DNA from: Methanoregula sp.
Lineage (GTDB): Archaea; Halobacteriota; Methanomicrobia; Methanomicrobiales; Methanospirillaceae
NCBI GenBank assembly: GCA_039698055.1
Contig: JBDKTL010000024.1
Span: 32,001-96,000, forward strand
Length of the DNA: 64,000 nucleotides
Reading direction: 5' to 3'
Shown: positions 60,050 through 64,000 of the stretch, one piece after another
Layout: every line of letters starts with the position of its first letter
How positions within the stretch are numbered: the first letter of the stretch is position 1
Translations under genes and position numbers: made by a program
The notes under the pieces: generated by a model
Database searches by the model: none
Told to the model about the DNA's origin: nothing
The model's input: the letters and a program-made list of their open reading frames with translations, nothing else

Positions 60050-62245
60050 TTATGCCGACAGATAATCGGCGGGTGTCGGGAGCTGTTCTTTGAGCCCTTT
60101 GCGCTTGCGGATTGCGAGCACGACTTCCTTTACCATGTTGTTTGGCACGAGCTCGAAACCGGCAAACTCGGTGTTCCACATCGCACGACCTTCAGTCGCG
60201 GACCGGATATCACCGGCAAAACCGAAGAGCTCGGCAACAGGTGCTTTGCCGACAACCGTGATGGTGTCTCCTTCACTCTGCATATCGAACACCTGACCAC
60301 GTCGTCCCTGAATCTGGGAAGTTGCGGCACCCATCTGGTCCATCGGGACGGTGATCTGGATCCTCTGGACAGGTTCAAGGAGCGAGTCTCCTGCAAGGAG
60401 CAAGCCGGCCTTGATAGCGCTGCGGGCTGCCGGGATGACCTGAGCCGGGCCACGGTGGATTGCATCTTCATGCAGCTTGACATCGACAAGACGCATCTTG
60501 AGGTTCTGGACAGGCTCATCAGCGAGCGGACCACCAGCCAGCGCTTCGTGGATACCCTCAAGTACCAGTTCCATCGTTTCGTTGAGGTACTGGATACCTT
60601 TGGTCATATCGATGAGCATATTCGTGCCCTTGATATCTCTGACATTCTTGGCCTCATCCTTGTCCATGCCGGCCTTCATGAGAATATCACGGCGCTCGAG
60701 CATCGGCTGGTTCATCGAAACTTCACCGCGCTTGATGAGATCTACAATATCATCCGACATCGGTTCAAGATCGAAGTAGAACCGGTTGTGGCGGTTCGGG
60801 GATTTTCCTTCAACGGCTTCCACTTTGCCGGTGACAGTTTCACGGTAGACCACAATCGGTTCCGATGTAATGATCTCAACACCCTTGTCACGCTTGATAC
60901 GCCCTGTGACGATCTCAAGGTGGAGCTCACCCATACCGGAGATCAGGTGCTCACCGGTCTCTTCGTTGATGGCAATTCCAAGTGTCGGGTCTTCCTTTGC
61001 CACCTGCCGCAGCACTTCAACCAGCTTTGGCAGGTCTTTCATGTTTTTTGCCTCAACGGCAACCGTCATGACCGGCTCACTGTAATGCTTGAGCGACTCA
61101 AACGGCGTCATTTCCATGAGGTTGGTGACCGTGGATCCGACGATCGCGTCCCGAAGACCGGTAACCGCGGCGATGTTGCCACCGACAATTTCCTCAACTT
61201 CGACACGCTTTGGCCCCATGAAAATACCGACCTGCTGGAGACGGTTCTCCTTCAGTGCCGAGCCCATCACATAGAGCGTATCGCCACGCTTGAGGCTGCC
61301 GGAAAACAGACGCCCGGTAGCGACTTCGCCAGCGTGGGGATCAAAGGAGATATCTGTAACCATCAGGCCAACAGGACCATTCGGGTCGCAGGCAACCATC
61401 GCCTTTCCTTCCTTGGATTCCTTGTCCCCATGCCAGATAACGGGAATACGGCGCTTCTGTGCTTCGAGCGGGTTTGGCAGCTGGTGAACCACGATATCCA
61501 GAAGAACTTCCGAGAGCGGGCTGTTCTTTGCCAGGAATTTCATATCACCGGCACGGCACTTGTCGTACACAATCTTGAACGAGATCCCGCTCTTTTTCAT
61601 GAACGGGACGGATACCGCCCAGTTATAGAGCGCTGATCCAAAGGCAACAGTACCCAGACCTGCGTCAAGTTTCCAGCCGTTGTTGTAGGCTTCCTCGTTC
61701 ATACCCTTGATCAGCTTGTTGACCTTGTCGATCACTTTACCAAGCCGGATCTGCATCTCCATGTCATCGACTTTCAGCTCGTTAATGAGCCGGTCGACCT
61801 TGTTGATAAAGAGAACAGGGCGGACACCCTCCTTGAGTGCCTGGCGAAGCACGGTCTCTGTCTGGGGCATGGTGCCTTCAACCGCATCAACGAGCACGAC
61901 TGCACCGTCAACCGCACGCATGGCACGCGTCACATCGCCACCGAAATCGACGTGCCCCGGTGTATCGATCATGTTGATGAGGTAATCCTGCCCCTCATAC
62001 TCGTGCACCATCGAGACGTTGCTTGCATCGATGGTGATACCCCGTGCCTGCTCTTCTGCATCAGAGTCCATGAAGAGCTGCCTGCCTGCAAGCTCTTCTG
62101 AAATGATACCGGCACCTGCAAGCAGGTTGTCCGACAGGGTGGTCTTACCGTGATCGATGTGTGCTACAATACCGATGTTCCGAATGTGCTTCGGATCCTT
62201 CATGAGCTCGACTACGCGCTCAACCGTTTTTTTGCCGCGTGACAT
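60050..62245 (-). CDS. fusA: Elongation factor aEF-2
   Basis: [23 protein letters not shown], diphthamide loop [11 protein letters not shown]. Confidence 0.98.
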   Translation of the reverse strand: MSRGKKTVERVVELMKDPKHIRNIGIVAHIDHGKTTLSDNLLAGAGIISEELAGRQLFMDSDAEEQARGITIDASNVSMVHEYEGQDYLINMIDTPGHVDFGGDVTRAMRAVDGAVVLVDAVEGTMPQTETVLRQALKEGVRPVLFINKVDRLINELKVDDMEMQIRLGKVIDKVNKLIKGMNEEAYNNGWKLDAGLGTVAFGSALYNWAVSVPFMKKSGISFKIVYDKCRAGDMKFLAKNSPLSEVLLDIVVHQLPNPLEAQKRRIPVIWHGDKESKEGKAMVACDPNGPVGLMVTDISFDPHAGEVATGRLFSGSLKRGDTLYVMGSALKENRLQQVGIFMGPKRVEVEEIVGGNIAAVTGLRDAIVGSTVTNLMEMTPFESLKHYSEPVMTVAVEAKNMKDLPKLVEVLRQVAKEDPTLGIAINEETGEHLISGMGELHLEIVTGRIKRDKGVEIITSEPIVVYRETVTGKVEAVEGKSPNRHNRFYFDLEPMSDDIVDLIKRGEVSMNQPMLERRDILMKAGMDKDEAKNVRDIKGTNMLIDMTKGIQYLNETMELVLEGIHEALAGGPLADEPVQNLKMRLVDVKLHEDAIHRGPAQVIPAARSAIKAGLLLAGDSLLEPVQRIQITVPMDQMGAATSQIQGRRGQVFDMQSEGDTITVVGKAPVAELFGFAGDIRSATEGRAMWNTEFAGFELVPNNMVKEVVLAIRKRKGLKEQLPTPADYLSA

Positions 62246-62272
62246 GAAATAACCTCAAAAAAAGATGATTGT

Positions 62273-62863
62273 TTACCGGGCGGACTTTGCAATGCGCTCG
62301 CGTTCTTCCTTTTTACCAACCGAGAAACATTTCGCGTCGCCTTTTGAAGCAGAGATCAGCTCGTCGGCAAGGATCGCACTCGCCGATTTCTTGCTTGAGC
62401 GGGATGCCTTCAGGGTTGCTTCCGCAATAAATCCAATTGCGGTATCAACACGGCGCAGCGGTGCGGTATCGACAGACTTGGGGACATTGATACCACCGTA
62501 TTTCAAACGGACGGTCTCTTCACGGGGACCGGTATTAGCGATAGCCTCGACAAGTACTTCAACGGGGTTTCTCTTGGTCTTTTTATTGATAATTTCGAAT
62601 GCATCCCGCACGATCCGTATTGCCAGCTGCTTCTTGCCGGTGTTATTCTCGGTCTGCATCAGTTTGTTGATGAGGCGCTCAACGATCGGCATGTTTGCCT
62701 TATTGAATTCCTGGCGGGAGAATTTACCGCAGGAATGGGGGATAATGAGCGCGGACAGGTTCACGTACCGGATAAGGCCGGGGTCGACAACCTTGACTTC
62801 AGATACATCCCACTTGTTGAACAACAGTTTCTTTGTTCCAATTTTTGCTTCGGGTTCTGCCAT
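62273..62863 (-). CDS. rps7: 30S ribosomal protein S7
   Basis: IVERLINKL, GPREE, VD.APLRRVD, ERIAKSAR. Confidence 0.97.
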   Translation of the reverse strand: MAEPEAKIGTKKLLFNKWDVSEVKVVDPGLIRYVNLSALIIPHSCGKFSRQEFNKANMPIVERLINKLMQTENNTGKKQLAIRIVRDAFEIINKKTKRNPVEVLVEAIANTGPREETVRLKYGGINVPKSVDTAPLRRVDTAIGFIAEATLKASRSSKKSASAILADELISASKGDAKCFSVGKKEERERIAKSAR

Positions 62864-62868
62864 ACAGA

Positions 62869-63297
62869 TCACCTGCGCGGTTTCTCTTTCCTGCCAATAA
62901 CCATCTCATGAAGGCAGACATTGTTCACTTTGGTAACGACGTACCGGACACCGGGTATATCACCCATTGACCGGCCGAGACGGCCGCCGATGCCTTCGAT
63001 TTCCACATCGTCGTGTTCGTCAATGAAGTTGATCGCACCGTCGCCAACCGCAAAAGCGGTAACCTGACGGCCGTTCTTGATTAACTGCACACGTACACAT
63101 TTCCGGATAGCGGAGTTAGGCTGTTTGGCCTCAACACCGACCTTCTCAAGAACGATACCTCTCGCTTGTGGAGCTCCTTCAAGAGGATCTGACTTCACAT
63201 CGAGGTTGAGCTCACGGCGTGCGTAATTCTTGTCGCTCCACCGGAACTTTTTTGAGTCCCGAACCATTTTCCTGGCTGCAAATTTACCCTGTCCCAT
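62869..63297 (-). CDS. rps12: 30S ribosomal protein S12
   Basis: [24 protein letters not shown]. Confidence 0.98.
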   Translation of the reverse strand: MGQGKFAARKMVRDSKKFRWSDKNYARRELNLDVKSDPLEGAPQARGIVLEKVGVEAKQPNSAIRKCVRVQLIKNGRQVTAFAVGDGAINFIDEHDDVEIEGIGGRLGRSMGDIPGVRYVVTKVNNVCLHEMVIGRKEKPRR

Positions 63298-63461
63298 TAA
63301 AGAGCCTCATTTTAGTCGTTTTTGTGGTTATCGATAACCCACACTGAGATATATACTAAAGCGGGTAATCGATTTATAAATTGTGGCATCCCACGTGCCT
63401 GTCTTATACTATTATCCCTCACTCATAATAATATTATATCCCGCGCGGCCAATATGTTACG

Positions 63462-63893
63462 ATGAAAGTCGCGATCTATAAAGAGGTGCAGATCGATGCA
63501 AGTCACCGGCTGCTCCATTACCAAGGAAAATGCGCCAATCTCCACGGACACCGCTGGAAGGTGGAAGTGTGGATCGAAGGCGAGCCCGACGCGACCACGG
63601 GTATCCTGATTGACTACAACACGATCAAACAAATCATTGGCCGGTTCGATCACCAGATTATTTTAAACCGCGATGACCCGATGGTTCCCTGCATCGAAAA
63701 ATTCCAGCATGTCATGACAACTCCAGGAGATCCCACGAGCGAACTTCTCGCGGCTGTTTTCAGCGAGGATTTAAACAAGGCTTGTAAAACACAGGGCATC
63801 AACGCAAAGGTTACGAAGATCCGTGTCTGGGAATCGCCCAACTGCTACGCTGAGCTTGAGTCGCCTGCCGATTATGCCAGGCCTGCAGAATGA
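63462..63893 (+). CDS. queD: 6-carboxytetrahydropterin synthase
   Basis: ASHRL..Y.GKCANLHGH, DH, PTSE, VWES. Confidence 0.92.
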   Translation: MKVAIYKEVQIDASHRLLHYQGKCANLHGHRWKVEVWIEGEPDATTGILIDYNTIKQIIGRFDHQIILNRDDPMVPCIEKFQHVMTTPGDPTSELLAAVFSEDLNKACKTQGINAKVTKIRVWESPNCYAELESPADYARPAE

Positions 63894-64000
63894 AGATCGC
63901 GGAAATTTTCTGGAGCCTCCAAGGGGAGGGAAGAAACCAGGGGCGCCCGTGCCTTTTTATCCGGCTGGCCGGCTGCAACCTGCACTGCCGATGGTGCGAC
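63890..64000 (+). CDS. queE: 7-carboxy-7-deazaguanine synthase, partial
   Basis: Manual translation MKIAEIFWSLQGEGRNQGRPCLFIRLAGCNLHCRWCD; overlaps the queD stop. Confidence 0.92.
   Translation, partial: MKIAEIFWSLQGEGRNQGRPCLFIRLAGCNLHCRWCD

Noticed and set aside
60455-61636. 393-aa + strand ORF
   Set aside because: Antisense shadow of the codon-biased EF-2 gene.

Overview
Core-chromosome segment of a methanogenic archaeon. Gene content points to Methanomicrobiales (Methanoregula-like; inferred, not searched): frhADGB, mptA, an MfnE-type kinase, a PGF-CTERM S-layer glycoprotein, PEGA proteins and a REC-PAS-GAF histidine kinase. About 60 CDS cover translation (rps12-rps7-EF-2, aEF-1beta, aIF-2beta), RNA modification (Nop5, fibrillarin, Cbf5, e-MtaB, QueD/E), metabolism (AMP phosphorylase, ThyA, IorAB, NadX/NadC, Mdh, IlvC) and the cell surface. 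RNA genes are five tRNAs (Gln, Ser, Ile, Ile2, Asn) and SRP RNA. No CRISPR array or transposase was seen. The least explained sequence is the ~0.85 kb gap between the AMP phosphorylase and S-layer genes (4472-5316). It holds a run of hairpins, a 67-nt D-armless tRNA-like fold, and two blocks of degenerate palindromic repeats phased at 32 bp, mostly starting with GATCG. A second odd region after frhB (43011-45417) has a perfect 16-bp inverted repeat, G/C-string motifs related to the first region, a Doc/Fic protein lacking its catalytic His, and an orphan DNA methyltransferase. Start codons were adjusted by eye. Protein family calls come from motif recognition, not database searches.
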